Part shown: piece by piece, positions 1 to 10,919 of the stretch
Position numbering within the stretch: position 1 is the stretch's first letter
Layout: each line of letters opens with the position of its first letter
NCBI GenBank assembly: GCA_964016885.1
Contig: OZ024740.1
Coordinates: 231,198,001 to 231,262,000 of the forward strand
Source of the DNA: Eledone cirrhosa
Lineage: Eukaryota
Length of the DNA: 64,000 bases
Direction of reading: 5' to 3'
The notes under the pieces: generated by a model
Database searches by the model: none
What the model was told of the DNA's origin: nothing
The model's input: only the letters and a program-made list of their open reading frames with translations
Translations under genes and position numbers: made by a program

Positions 1-347
1 TAATCTGTACGATATATAACTATAATGTTTAGTTACATCTTACTACTTCTAAATTCACCTTCAATAAAAATTCTATAGGCAAAATCAATCTCAACAGGAT
101 TTAAAATACCAACATAAAACAATGTAACTAAATACCAGAAGATATTTTGTCTGCAGCCTAGCTGGTTCTGATTGAATATCTATTTAAAAAAATATCATTG
201 AAAATACTACTAATGATTGTGTCATCATCATAATTTTTACATCTGCTTTTCCATACTGGCATGGGTTGAACGAGACTTCCTGATGTCAAGTATATGGTGT
301 ACCTATTCTAAAAAACTGGGGTACATACAGTAATGATTATATATATA

Positions 348-1253
348 TTCCAAACTTGGAAGCAGGGACTAGAAAGAAAGGGTCTCAAAGTCAACATGAC
401 AAAGACTAAGGTAAGTAGACGAGAAAACAGAACCCAGATCCCCTCAGGGAAATGGCCTTGCTCAGTATGTAGGAAAGGTGTAGGTAGGAACTCCATTCTC
501 TGCCCCAAATGCAAACAATGGGTACACAAGAGATGTAGCGGGATCTCAGGAAGCTTAATTAAGAATGTAGGCTTCACATGCAGCAGCTGTGCTGGGACAG
601 CAAGCAGCAAACAGCCACAGGAAACAAGTACCACCAATCTCTGGGAGGGCTCTGTAGAAACAGTAGACAGCTTCTGCTACCTAGGTGACCGAATTAGCAG
701 CAGAGGTGGGTGTTCAGAAAGTACAATAACTAGGGTAAGAACAGGATGGAAGAAGTTTAGGGAACTACTACCACTGCTAGTTGCAAAAGGCTTCTCCCTC
801 AGAATGAAAGGCAGACTGTATGATGCGTGTATCCGAACAGCAATGCTGCATGGTAGTGAGACCTGGGCGCTGAAGGTGGAAGACTTACGTAGATTAGAGA
901 GAAACGAAGCCTGCATGCTCCGATGGTTGTGTAACAGTAATATACGTGAACGACAAAGTATAAATGAATTGAGAGAGAGACTGAGCATAAGAGGAATCAA
1001 ATGCTGTGTGCAGGAGAGGCAGTTGCGCTGGTATGGACATGTGATGCGTATGAAGGATGACAGCTGCATAAAATGGTGCAGAGCACTAGAAGTCGATGGA
1101 AACCGCGGAGTGGGGAAACCCAAGATGACCTGGGATGAGGTGATAAAAGCCGACCTTACCCAACTACACCTCTCAAAGCCAATGACACACGACCGTGACC
1201 TCTGGCGTCACGCAGTAATACAGAGTACCCGACCTCCCATGGGTACAAGCTGA
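348..1253 (+). pseudogene. RTE ORF fragment with a PHD-like C4HC3 finger (459-590) inside the RT
   Basis: CSVC..CPKC..HKRC..CSSC lies between RT motifs 6 and 7. The frame is open to the natural stop; the N-terminal MIIYI comes from the microsatellite. Confidence 0.85.
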
Positions 1254-1545
1254 AGCATATAGACAATATGCCCCCACACCCCCCACCGCAAGGTGGTCGT
1301 GGAGGTGCCACGGCAAAAAAGCACCCAGCCCACACTGTAAAGTGAACGTGTAGGCGCCACGAAAAAGCACCCAGCACTCACTGTAAATGAGGTTGGTGTT
1401 AGGAAGGGCATCCAGCTGTAGAAATCAAGCCAAATCAGTTCCTGTATGAGCAAGGCATGGTCAGTTGACCAGACACTGCCCACAACACGTCTAACCCATG
1501 CTAGCGTGGAAGAACGGACGTAAAACGGTGATGATGATGATGATA
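348..1545 (+). mobile_element. 5'-truncated RTE-clade LINE (family A): RT C-terminal half, 3'UTR and (GAT)n tail
   Basis: ORF 333-1253 has GLKVNMTKTK, VDSFCYLG, AMLHGSETWAL and LRWYGHVMRM, typical of the RTE RT/thumb. The 3'UTR ends ...aacggacgtaaaacggt(gat)n. Both ends abut (TA)n. Confidence 0.93.
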
Positions 1546-1717
1546 TATATATATAAATAATTATTTCTATATAGGGTTAGTTGACTGGAGTTGTGCAATC
1601 CACACTCCAATCAGTCAACAGTGATGCAAATAAAATCAAGTGCTCAACAACCTGCACTAATACAAGTTCGTTTTGCTGTTCATGCTGGAGCATACAGAAC
1701 AATAAATATAGTTATTA

Positions 1718-1796
1718 CTATCTGATGAACTCGGGATGTTAGATGGGTGAAATATACACCACCTAATTGTCAACCCCAGCAAAATATATATCATAG
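1718..1796 (+). ncRNA. Degenerate type-I hammerhead ribozyme in a probable PLE terminal-repeat remnant
   Basis: ctat-CTGATGA-long stem II-cAAAA (probably decayed cGAAA)-tatatat-c-atag; helix I is ctat/atag. Confidence 0.45.
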
Positions 1797-1844
1797 CTAA
1801 TTAAACAAACTTATACACAACTTTGTATTACCATTGCTATATTT

Positions 1845-1846
<2 letters not shown>

Positions 1847-1906
<60 letters not shown>
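1847..1906. repeat. (CT)n microsatellite
   Basis: Perfect CT run. Confidence 0.97.
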
Positions 1907-1907
<1 letters not shown>

Positions 1908-2445
1908 GTTTGTCTTGTTTTTGATTTTTTTTCTTTACTCAGACCTGTTTCCTGTTTCTCCTTTGTGATCGTGTCTCTATTTTGTATTCCTGAAGAAGAC
2001 TGATGTTAAATGGGGATGTTATATGTGCATGCATGGCTGTATGCTTAAGAACTTTGCTTCACAACTATGTGGTTTTGTGTTCTATCCTACTGTGTGGAAC
2101 CTTGTGCAAGTCTCTTTTACTATAGTTAAACAATGTCTTATGAGAGAAATTGGTAGATGGAAACTGAAGCTCATCACACAGTGTACATTGGTAATGAACA
2201 GACTGAGATGACAAAGGGTACAGATGACATTTTGACTCTGTCAAGGACTTCACAACTTCTCTGTCATTGTTCTTTGTTCCAATAAATTCTTAGAAATGAC
2301 CATACCACACTTCATTTTCTATATTTATATTTTCCTTAAATATATATTTTATTCTTAAAAAAAATAAATATATCAATGAATATAGATGTATGAATAAGTA
2401 TATACATAGTTGTATGTGAAGATAGATTGTTGTCTGAATAAATAT

Positions 2446-2630
2446 AATTGTTTCTACTTCTGGCACAAGGTCAACAATTATCCCAGTGTATTACTGGTAC
2501 TTTATTTTATCAACCTTGTAAGGATGAAAGGCAAAGTTAACCTCGGCGGGATTTGAACTCAGACCATAAAGGGCTGTAACTCTTTGCTGCAAAGCATGGC
2601 GTCCGACCCTCTACCGATACTGCCAATCCA
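2446..2630 (-). mobile_element. tRNA-derived SINE (family S1)
   Basis: Reverse complement has A-box-like tggcagtatcgg, B-box gagttcaaatcc and the central gcctttcatccttac..gataaaataaaagtaccagt. At least 8 related copies occur in the window. Confidence 0.85.
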
Positions 2631-2844
2631 AAATATAATGAAGATATGCTAATGTATGAATAAATATACATAGACATATGTGAAGATATATTGTTGTGTG
2701 AATAAATAGATGTATGTGAAGATATGTTAATATATATAAATCAATATTTTAAAATAATGAGTAAATATTTAACCCTACATTATTATATTCCTAATGAAAG
2801 ATACTACCTATAATTTTCAAATAACCTACACAATCTACTTGTAT

Positions 2845-3420
2845 ATATAACCAGCAATTTTTCTGTCTGTCTGTCCGACAGTGGAAACACGTGCGTAGAG
2901 AGAGAGTGAAAGAAAGAGACAGACTACGAGAGAGGGATAGCGGGAGGGAGAGAGAGAGAGTGAATAGACGCTAAAACACGTGCTACAGAAACATTACCTT
3001 CCCCTCTCCACTGACTTTGGTCACTGAGGCCGAGGGGATCGCGCTGAGCGCGTCATAATGATATAATGCAGACAGCCAGACATACAGACAGATATTATAA
3101 GGGCGCAACGTTATATCTATCTAAAAAGAAAGACTAAGAATTATATAGAGAGAACGCTAAATCGCCTAATGCGGTCCCTAGGGCATTGGAAATTTGAAAT
3201 AATTTTTGCTCAAAACATTCACAGGACCATAAGTATTACATGTCTAAAGTTTGAAAACAATCGGTTGGATGGTTCTCAAGTTTTAGTGAGCTGACAGACA
3301 GACAGACATTCTCTGTTTTAGATATATAGACTAGCAGAAAACCGCCCGCAGTTGGTTTTCTGCTAGTCTATATTATAAAAAAAAAGCTGTTTCTCCGTCT
3401 GTCTGTCCATCACATTTATA
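2845..3420. mobile_element. Cluster of non-autonomous Helitron-like termini
   Basis: Several TC/TA-rich 5' ends followed by (TGTC)n on both strands; CTAG 3' ends at 3331 and 3363. Confidence 0.65.
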
Positions 3421-3780
3421 AGGGGAGGGAACCCCCTTTTTTAAGTTGCGAGGAGATGGGAGATAACTTATGTCATGCTTATAGTTTATTGTAAGCTTAA
3501 GAATCTACTAGGGTTAGGGGTAATAAGTTAGGGGGTGGGGGTGAATTTCTGAAGTATCTGCTCCTCCTGGATACACCAGAGGCGTGGCACTTCAATAAAT
3601 ACATTCAAAAATACACCATAAAGGGACAACATCTTAAAGTGTTTTGGCTATCATATTAATGTCAATACATATTTTAGTTTATTACTTATCGATTTCTATT
3701 TCCCAAAGTAGTACTATGCTATGGGACAAAAGTAAGAAAACACACTCACAAATTCTGTCATTGTCATCACTGCTGTGAAA

Positions 3781-3886
3781 TAAAATGTCTTGTTCAAGGA
3801 CATACACATCGCCCGGTCCAGGAATCGAACTTGCAATCTCACAATTGTGAATCCAATCCTTTAACCACTAAGCCATGCTCTTTCAA
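3781..3886 (-). mobile_element. tRNA-derived SINE head (family S2, CORE-like)
   Basis: Reverse complement tggcttagtggttaa..gttcgattcctggaccggg..tgtccttgaacaagaca matches the copy at 41060. Confidence 0.8.
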
Positions 3887-4194
3887 TAAATATAAACACT
3901 TTAACGCAAAACATTTTGCGTGATAGAACCAGGGTCTGTTTCAAGGGGTTAAAATGTTTAGTCATCTCCTCTTATGAATAAGAAATAAGCAAGACATTTC
4001 AAAATTGTTACAAAGATCTAACTTCATAATCTCTTTTGACTTTTCATGGTGACATCACAACTTAGCCAGATTGCAACCTAAATTGTACTTCAGCTCAGAA
4101 TAGTCACTGACCTTTTGCAAGGTACAAGTGCTCTTCACATTAGAAAACCACTCATATATACACACATTAACTCTGCTGATACATATAAATATAT

Positions 4195-4252
4195 AAACCC
4201 ATGCTAGCGTGGAAGATAGACGTTAAACGATGATGATGATGATGATGATGAT
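4195..4252 (+). mobile_element. Tail-only RTE 3' end
   Basis: aacccatgctagcgtggaa..gacgttaaac(gat)n between TA runs. Confidence 0.75.
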
Positions 4253-4301
4253 ATATATATATATAAAATCTTTGGATTTTAGTCTTCAAATTTATTATTA
4301 T

Positions 4302-4357
<56 letters not shown>

Positions 4358-4389
4358 TCTCATCATTTTCATCAAACCTGGAATGGGTT

Positions 4390-4430
<41 letters not shown>

Positions 4431-4709
4431 GCTAACAAAATAAAGATGTCATGTCTGAGAAAATCATATATATATATATATATCAATTAAAAAATTGACT
4501 CTGAATATTTGTGTAGAGTAGAAGGATCTCTGATATAATATATTAGATGCCTTTAACCAAAGCAAAGCGTGCTCAATGCTTAGAGATGCGATGTTAAATA
4601 TTATAGTGGTGTTAATATTTAAGGAGAGTTAAGTGCAGAATATAAGCAGAGTGGGTATAATCAGAAATATATAGAGGAGAAAGCAAGACATTTAAAAACA
4701 AATATATAT

Positions 4710-6011
4710 ATCATCATCATCATCAACGTTTAACGTCCGTGTTCCACGCTTGCATGGGTTTGGACGGGGGTAGTCCCACTTGAGGCAAGAGTGATTGTCT
4801 TGCTCGCATAGGACTGTCTGGCAGGTTTTCTACAGTTGGATGCCCTTCCTAACACCAACCACATTTACAGTGTGGGTCTGGGAGGTTTTTACCGTGTTGC
4901 CTACACGGCCACATTACAGCGTGGACTGTGTGTTTTTTTGTCATGACACCTACACGATCTCATTTGTTTCGGCCTCGATGGCGCGGCACCAACATAACTT
5001 TACATAGAACGGGGTGGTGTGGATGGGGTAGGGGTGGGGGTGGTGGGACGGGGTGTATTTTGTTAGGGATGCCTACTGGCTGGAGTAGGTTTTACTATAT
5101 ATTTAGGTAAGGCGGGTCTTCTCTGTTACTGAGTACCGCCAAAGGTCTCGGTCCAGTGACATTGTCTTGGAGAGGTGTAAGTGTGTGATGTCGGAGTTTA
5201 TCAGCTCGTCCCAGGTTTTTCTAGGTCTGCCTATTCCGTGACTACCGTCTATCTTTATTGCCCTGCACTTTGTTATACAGCTATCGACTTTCATGCGCAT
5301 CACGTGTCCATACCAACGTAGCCTTCTCTCGAGTAAACAACATCTGATCCCTCTTATCTCTAATTTTTTCCTTAGTTCGTTTATGCTTTGCCGTTCACGT
5401 ATATTACTGTTACACATCCAGCGGAGCATGCAAGCTTCGTTCCTCTCTAGTCTGCGTATATCCTCTGCACACAATGCCCAGGTCTCACTGCCATGCAGCA
5501 TTGCTGTTCGTATGCAGGCATCGTACAACCTGCCTTTCATTTTTAGTGAGAACCCTTTAGCAGCTAATAGTGGTATAAGCTCTCTGAACTTTTTCCAACC
5601 AGTTCTGACTCTAGCTACAGTACTTTCAGAGCACCCTCCCCCACTGCTGATTTTATCGCCCAGGTAACGGAAGCTGTCCACTATTTCTATAGAACCCTCT
5701 GCGCAATTGAAAGAGCTAGTAGCTTGTGGGCACTTGCTGCTACTTATTGCACCAGAGCACCGGCCACATGTAAAATCTATGTTCTTAGTTAGCTTACCTG
5801 TGATCCCACTACATCTTTTATGCACCCATACTTTGCATTTAGGACATAAAATGGAGTTTCTACCTACGCCTTTCCTACACACCGAGCACGACCATTTCCC
5901 AGAAGGGACCGCCGCCTTGTTTTCTTTCCTACAAACTAGTACTTTGGTCTTAGCCAGGTTAATTTTAAGTCCTTTTGACTCTAGGCCGTGCTTCCATGTT
6001 TGGAATTTCTT
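4710..6011 (-). mobile_element. 5'-truncated RTE LINE (family B) with PHD-like insert, 3'UTR and (GAT)n tail
   Basis: ORF 5103-6062 is homologous to 333-1253 (KKFQTWK..CSVC..YLG..LRWYGH). The UTR is nearly identical to the copies at 20724 and 51399. Confidence 0.93.
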
Positions 6012-6035
6012 ATATATATATATATATATATATAT

Positions 6036-6708
6036 GAGGGTGTTAAAGTTTGCTTGAAGCATTGTGAAATGTGTAAAATATGTAGTTTAGAAAGCCACAA
6101 CAATGCAGATGGGACTAGTAACAGCCCCTACGGCCTACTATCCTTCACACACACGCACTTATATGTATACCCATACACATACACACACACATCTATATTT
6201 ATACACGCACACATGTTTATACAACCTACCACCTTTCACACTCTTTGTTTTCCAGCTTCTACGGCCCACTATCTTTCACACACACACACTCACATACATA
6301 CACACATACACATATACACACACAGTTACACACACATATATATTTACACACACATATTTTACGGCTTTCACACGCTAGCGCACCCTATTGATTTAACCCA
6401 ATTGGTCAGTAGCTTTTGCCACAGCCTATCACGCGCACGCGTATTCTTTCCCTCGTTTGAATTTTCCCCATAACGGCATTCCTAAGTTTTAACGACAATA
6501 CACCTTTCTCCGGCTTAGCCTGTTCCCCCCCTTTTGGAACTTTTCCCCCGTTGATGGGCGTGAGCCCGAAATATTGGGATTAAATCTCCTCTACGGTAAC
6601 CCTTCTACCTTTGTTTTGTTTTCATTTTCATTTTCACTTTTCTCCTATTTCTCACTCACTTCTTACCTCGAGATTTCCCATCTGCATTGTTGTGGCTTTC
6701 TAAACTAC

Positions 6709-6715
<7 letters not shown>
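6036..6715 (+). mobile_element. PLE-like terminal fragment with an inverted 5' piece (family P1)
   Basis: 6074-6113 is the inverse of 6676-6715. It shares cccatctgcattgt and cacaatgcttcaagcaaactt with 50735-51293 and has a hammerhead-like motif at 6544. Confidence 0.65.
6544..6579 (+). ncRNA. Non-canonical minimal hammerhead-like motif (core CCGUUGA-U)
   Basis: tccc-CCGTTGA-t-GGGC-gtga-GCCC-GAA-atat-t-ggga. Confidence 0.5.
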
Positions 6716-6739
<24 letters not shown>

Positions 6740-6949
6740 TAAAATAACAGATTAAAGTATAAGCAAAGAATCGCTGCTTTCACCTTTAACGAGTTTCAGA
6801 AGATCCCGTTAAGGGTGAAAGCAGCGATTCTTTGCTTAAACTTTAATCTATTATTTTAATAAATATTTGTTCTATGGTTTTATATATTTTATATATATAT
6901 TATCCTTATCGAGCCCTCTTCGGATTTTAGTCTTCACATTTATTATTAT

Positions 6950-6953
<4 letters not shown>
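6740..6953 (+). mobile_element. Naiad-family terminal repeat fragment with 5' inversion
   Basis: 6740-6791 is the inverse of about 6807-6858. The sequence is nearly identical to the Naiad 3' end at 37973-38033. Confidence 0.8.
6792..6842 (+). ncRNA. Type-I hammerhead variant (core CAGAAGA)
   Basis: agttt-CAGAAGA-tccc gttaa gggt-GAA-agca..tgct-t-aaact; all three helices can form. Confidence 0.65.
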
Positions 6954-6991
<38 letters not shown>

Positions 6992-7145
6992 TTTGAGTAT
7001 ATGTTGGTTGTATACCAATACCTCAGTATGCAGATTGGAGCACTCGACGAAGTGCGCAGGTCGGTTTGGTTACTCCGGAGTAATGTAAAATAAAATAAAT
7101 AAGTCAAATGTTTACAATTTTTTAAAAATTTGGTTTCGTTTATTC

Positions 7146-7198
7146 CTGCTATATATATTTCGGTGACAGCCATCATTGGCTGTGACCTCTTCAGGCAG
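7146..7198 (-). ncRNA. Type-I hammerhead ribozyme
   Basis: Reverse complement: ctgc-CTGAAGA-ggt cacagcca atga tggctgt c acc-GAA-atatatat-a-gcag. Confidence 0.85.
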
Positions 7199-8110
7199 TC
7201 CGAATTAGTGTGTTAGAGACGAGTACACATGTTGTTGGGGTGTTTAACTTTGTCAATACTCTGATATGCCCAGTTCCTGGTTGGGTTGTTATTTCACTGA
7301 GGAACTGGAATCATATGAATTTAAACAAACGAATTTCAGTGTCAAAGGACATCTCCTCTCATTGGTCAGTTGTGGGAACATTCCTCAGTCAAAAGTCTAT
7401 AGGAATTCGTTCTGAGGCGAGGCAATCTGTAGTGGTTGTTCTTGTTATTGTTAAGTGCATCTGTCCTCCACTTTTATATTGGTAGTGGTGTTGGTGTTGG
7501 AGTCAGCTCAAAGAAATGATAAAGTGGTAGAAGGAATAAGATGGTAAAGGAACAAAATACAATAATCAAATAAAATGTGTGTGTTATATACCCAATCTCA
7601 ATTGTTAGAAATATTTGTAAGGTCACTCCTCCCATTGGTCAGTTTTGAGAGCATTCCTCAGTCAAAACTGACCAATGGGAGGAGTGACCTTAAAAATATT
7701 TCTAACAATTGAGATTGGGTATATAACACACACACATTTTATTCGATTATTGTATTTTGTTCCTTTACCATCTTATTCCTTCTACCACTTTATCATTTCT
7801 TTGAGCTGACTCCAACACCACTACCAACATAAAAGTGGAGGACAGATGCACTTAACAATAACAAGAACAACCACTACAGATTGCCTCGCCTCAGAATGAA
7901 TCCCTATAGACTTTTGACTGAGGAATGTTCCCACAACTGACCAATGAGAGGAGAAGATGTCCTTTGACACTGAAATTCGTTTGTTTAAATTCATATGATT
8001 CCAGTTCCTCAGTGAAATAACAACCCAACCAGGAACTGGGCATATCAGAGTATTGACAAAGTTAAAAACCCCAACAACATGTGTACTCGTCTCTACCACA
8101 CTAATTCGGA

Positions 8111-8163
8111 CTGCCTGAAGAGGTCACAGCCAATGATGGCTGTCACCGAAATATATATAGCAG
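8111..8163 (+). ncRNA. Type-I hammerhead ribozyme
   Basis: Canonical CUGANGA/GAAA core, helix I ctgc/gcag, palindromic helix III atatatat as in PLE minimal hammerheads. Confidence 0.85.
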
Positions 8164-8230
8164 TAATAAATAAAGCCAAATTAAAAAAAAATTGCAAACA
8201 TTTGACTTATTTATTTTATTTTATTTTATA

Positions 8231-8478
8231 TTGAGCAAGACACTTTATTTCACATTGCTCCAGTTTACTCAGCTGTAGAAATGAGATGATAGGGACTGGG
8301 GTCCCTATCATTCCACTGCAAAGTGGTCGTGGAGGTGCCATGGCAAAAAAGCACCCAGCACTCACTGTAAATGAGGTTGGTGTTAGGAAGGGCATCCAGC
8401 TGTAGAAATCAAGCCAGAATCAGTTCCCGTCCCACCCTTGCAAGCAGGGAAAAAGCGGACGTAAAATGAAATGATGAT
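8231..8478 (+). mobile_element. 5'-truncated S2 SINE body joined to an RTE-A-like 3' tail
   Basis: ttgagcaagacactttatttcac followed by gtggtcgtggaggtgcc..aggaagggcatccagctgtagaaa, as at 1293-1430. Confidence 0.7.
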
Positions 8479-8499
8479 ATATATATATATATATATATA

Positions 8500-9239
8500 T
8501 TGTTATACTTTGGGAGAGTCATGCTGCTAATAAAAACACACACACCTATTGGTTTTCTTTTCAATTTATTATAAATTTTTGGTTGGTTGGTTCAATAACC
8601 GGATGGTTGTTTATATTGTCAAAACTCTTTTGTCACACATTCTTTGACCTCCTCAGTGACTGATTTCTCATTTTGTGTCTCTCCTTTGTTCTCTTCTACA
8701 CCATCTTGTTTATATGTGTTGTGTGCTTGGTTTGCACATGCATTACATCCAGGTCTGTGTGTTTTTATTTATTTATTTTTGTGTTTATTTATTTGTCACT
8801 AGTTGGTTGTTTGTTCTATCTATGTGTGTTTGCTTTGTTTTATTAGTTTGGTTTTTGTGTGTCTCTGTATCTCTTCATTTTGTCCTTAATTACTAGTTGT
8901 GCTGTTGTTGCTATTCCACTCGTTTTCTATTTTGGTTGTAGTTCGTTCATGTTTGTCAGCACTGTAATTTGTCTGAGCATTGCGCTTTTTCTGTGTGTGG
9001 ATATAATTTTTATCTCTATGTTCTCTAATGTGCCCCTATGTTCTAATTTGGTATATTGGTGGAGTACTGATGAGTTTTTCCCATCCTGGAGTTCTCGCCT
9101 GTCTTCATTTATCCTTTCTCCTATGCTACGGGCTGCCTCACCTATGTATATTGTGTTCTTATTCCTACATGGTCCCTCAGTACATCTTATTCAACAGACG
9201 TTTTCAGATAAGAAATCTTGCAAAATAAATTAAAAAACG

Positions 9240-9240
<1 letters not shown>
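8500..9240 (-). mobile_element. Degenerate PLE: GIY-YIG remnant, 3'UTR and decayed hammerhead (8618-8660)
   Basis: Reverse translation IRCTEGPCRNKNTIYIGEAARSIGERINE..SSVLH..AMLRQIT; motif gtca-CTGAGGA-ggtca..tgac-aaaa..tgac. Confidence 0.75.
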
Positions 9241-9276
<36 letters not shown>

Positions 9277-9714
9277 TTGTACTGTAGTGATCGCTATATT
9301 ATTTTACATTTACTTTTCACACACGCACACACATATTTACACGCATGCAGGCATGCCTACCCTATATATATATATATATGTATATATATACATGCGGGTA
9401 TGTGTAGACACACACAGGTATATACCTTACAGACTGCATTTAAAGAAAGTTCACCTAAGTGATAGGCAAGACTCTATTCACCAACATACTACAACCACCA
9501 GTTCATCAATGTGACTTATTTACTCTTGCTCTGTCACTTTTATCTCTACTACTTGAACTGGAAACAACGAAACATGAATGGAATTCATCATAACCATAAA
9601 GTGTTGCAGACAAAAGAATAACTAAAGAAATTTAACTTTGGCATTGAAATAATGTCTTTGAAAGGAAATTTAATATTTAATGATTTCTAAGTCTGTCTCA
9701 AGCCGCCAGGAAGT

Positions 9715-9960
9715 GCTTATCCTTGTTTCATGGCCTGAAGTGATTGAGAGTACAAGACTCTTCCCTGGACAGGATGCCAGTTCTTTGCAGGGTTAAACCC
9801 CCAGCTAATGTTGGTACTCATTTTCAGCTGAGTATATTGAAGCAAAGTGAAATGAAGTGTTTCACTCAAGAACACAACATACAACCCAGCCCAGGAATTG
9901 AACACACAATATTATGATTGTAAGTCCAACACCCTTACCACAAGGCCATGCACCTCCACA
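9715..9960 (-). mobile_element. Degenerate S2 SINE
   Basis: Reverse complement has a tRNA-like head, tgttcttgagtgaaacacttcatttcac and actggcatcctgtccaggg. Confidence 0.7.
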
Positions 9961-10919
9961 TAATGGTTTTAAATAGTCTAAAATTTTTAAACCCAATATA
10001 TCTTTGTAGACATTCTTAAAAATATATCATAGAAATTACAACTCTTTCATTACCATATTTCTAGTTAAAGATGTAGTAATATAACTTTTTCATTAGTAAA
10101 TTGGTGTTTGGAATATAACTTAACAAGGGTTCATCATCATCAGCATCATCATCATCATGTTCATTTTTCCAGTCTTGCATGGGTTGGATAGGTCCTTCTC
10201 AGCATGGCATCTCTCCACACATTGTGTTCCTTCCTCATCTCCTCTGTGAGTCTCAGCAATTTGAGGTCAGCTCTTACAACCTCTGTCCAGGTTCTTACAT
10301 AAAATTATGTTGAAATATTGATTTAACCATTTCATTACCATATTTATAATGAAAGACAATGCCAATGAGCTTCAAATAATTTGAAAATAATCAAGAACGA
10401 TTTAGTAATTCTAGTAATTTTCTCATTATTATGCTGGTGTTTGGAACATAACTTAATTTAGGTTCTTGAAAGATTGAAAGATTTTAGATCAACACAAATA
10501 CTTTAAAATATACAGTTTAGTATTGTAAAACCCAGGGCATTTCAGGCAGTTTTGTATCAAAAGGTTAAAAGTACTTTTTCAGTTGTACTTATTTTAAAGT
10601 TAAAATATATTTAAACACTAAAAGATAGACCATGTAGATTGTGATTTATAACGCCAATAGAAAATGAAATTTGCCATTTCTAGCATATCATGTGACCATG
10701 TAGGGGCTCCTTCGTTAACTCACAATTTAATATATTTATCCTGGTGTTTTACTGTTTCTGCCCCCTCATCACCTTAACCTTGTATACCTAAGACAATAAG
10801 GGATCACTCATCTGTTAGAAATAGTACCAAAATCTCTCTCAAATCATGCTCTACTATCTGAAAAAAAAAGAGAAGGAAGATACATTGTGGGAAATATAAA
10901 CTTAGATTTCTGTATGTGT

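Larger units (their letters stand above)
6989..8230. mobile_element. PLE 3' region as a head-to-head inverted pair (arms about 570 bp, family P2)
   Basis: About 7088-7656 is the inverse of 7663-8222. Each arm carries a canonical hammerhead followed by AATAAA. Confidence 0.8.

Noticed and set aside
308-1123. Antisense ORFs over RTE and CR1 coding regions (also 5293-6057, 38210-38893, 43384-44496)
   Set aside because: Shadow ORFs of RT codon usage with no independent motifs.
3509-3535. Telomere-like TTAGGG motifs
   Set aside because: Only two or three scattered hexamers, not an array.
7210-8099. Duplicated 91/92-aa ORFs as a small gene pair
   Set aside because: They are antisense to the ribozyme strand within an inverted PLE non-coding repeat and have non-ATG starts.
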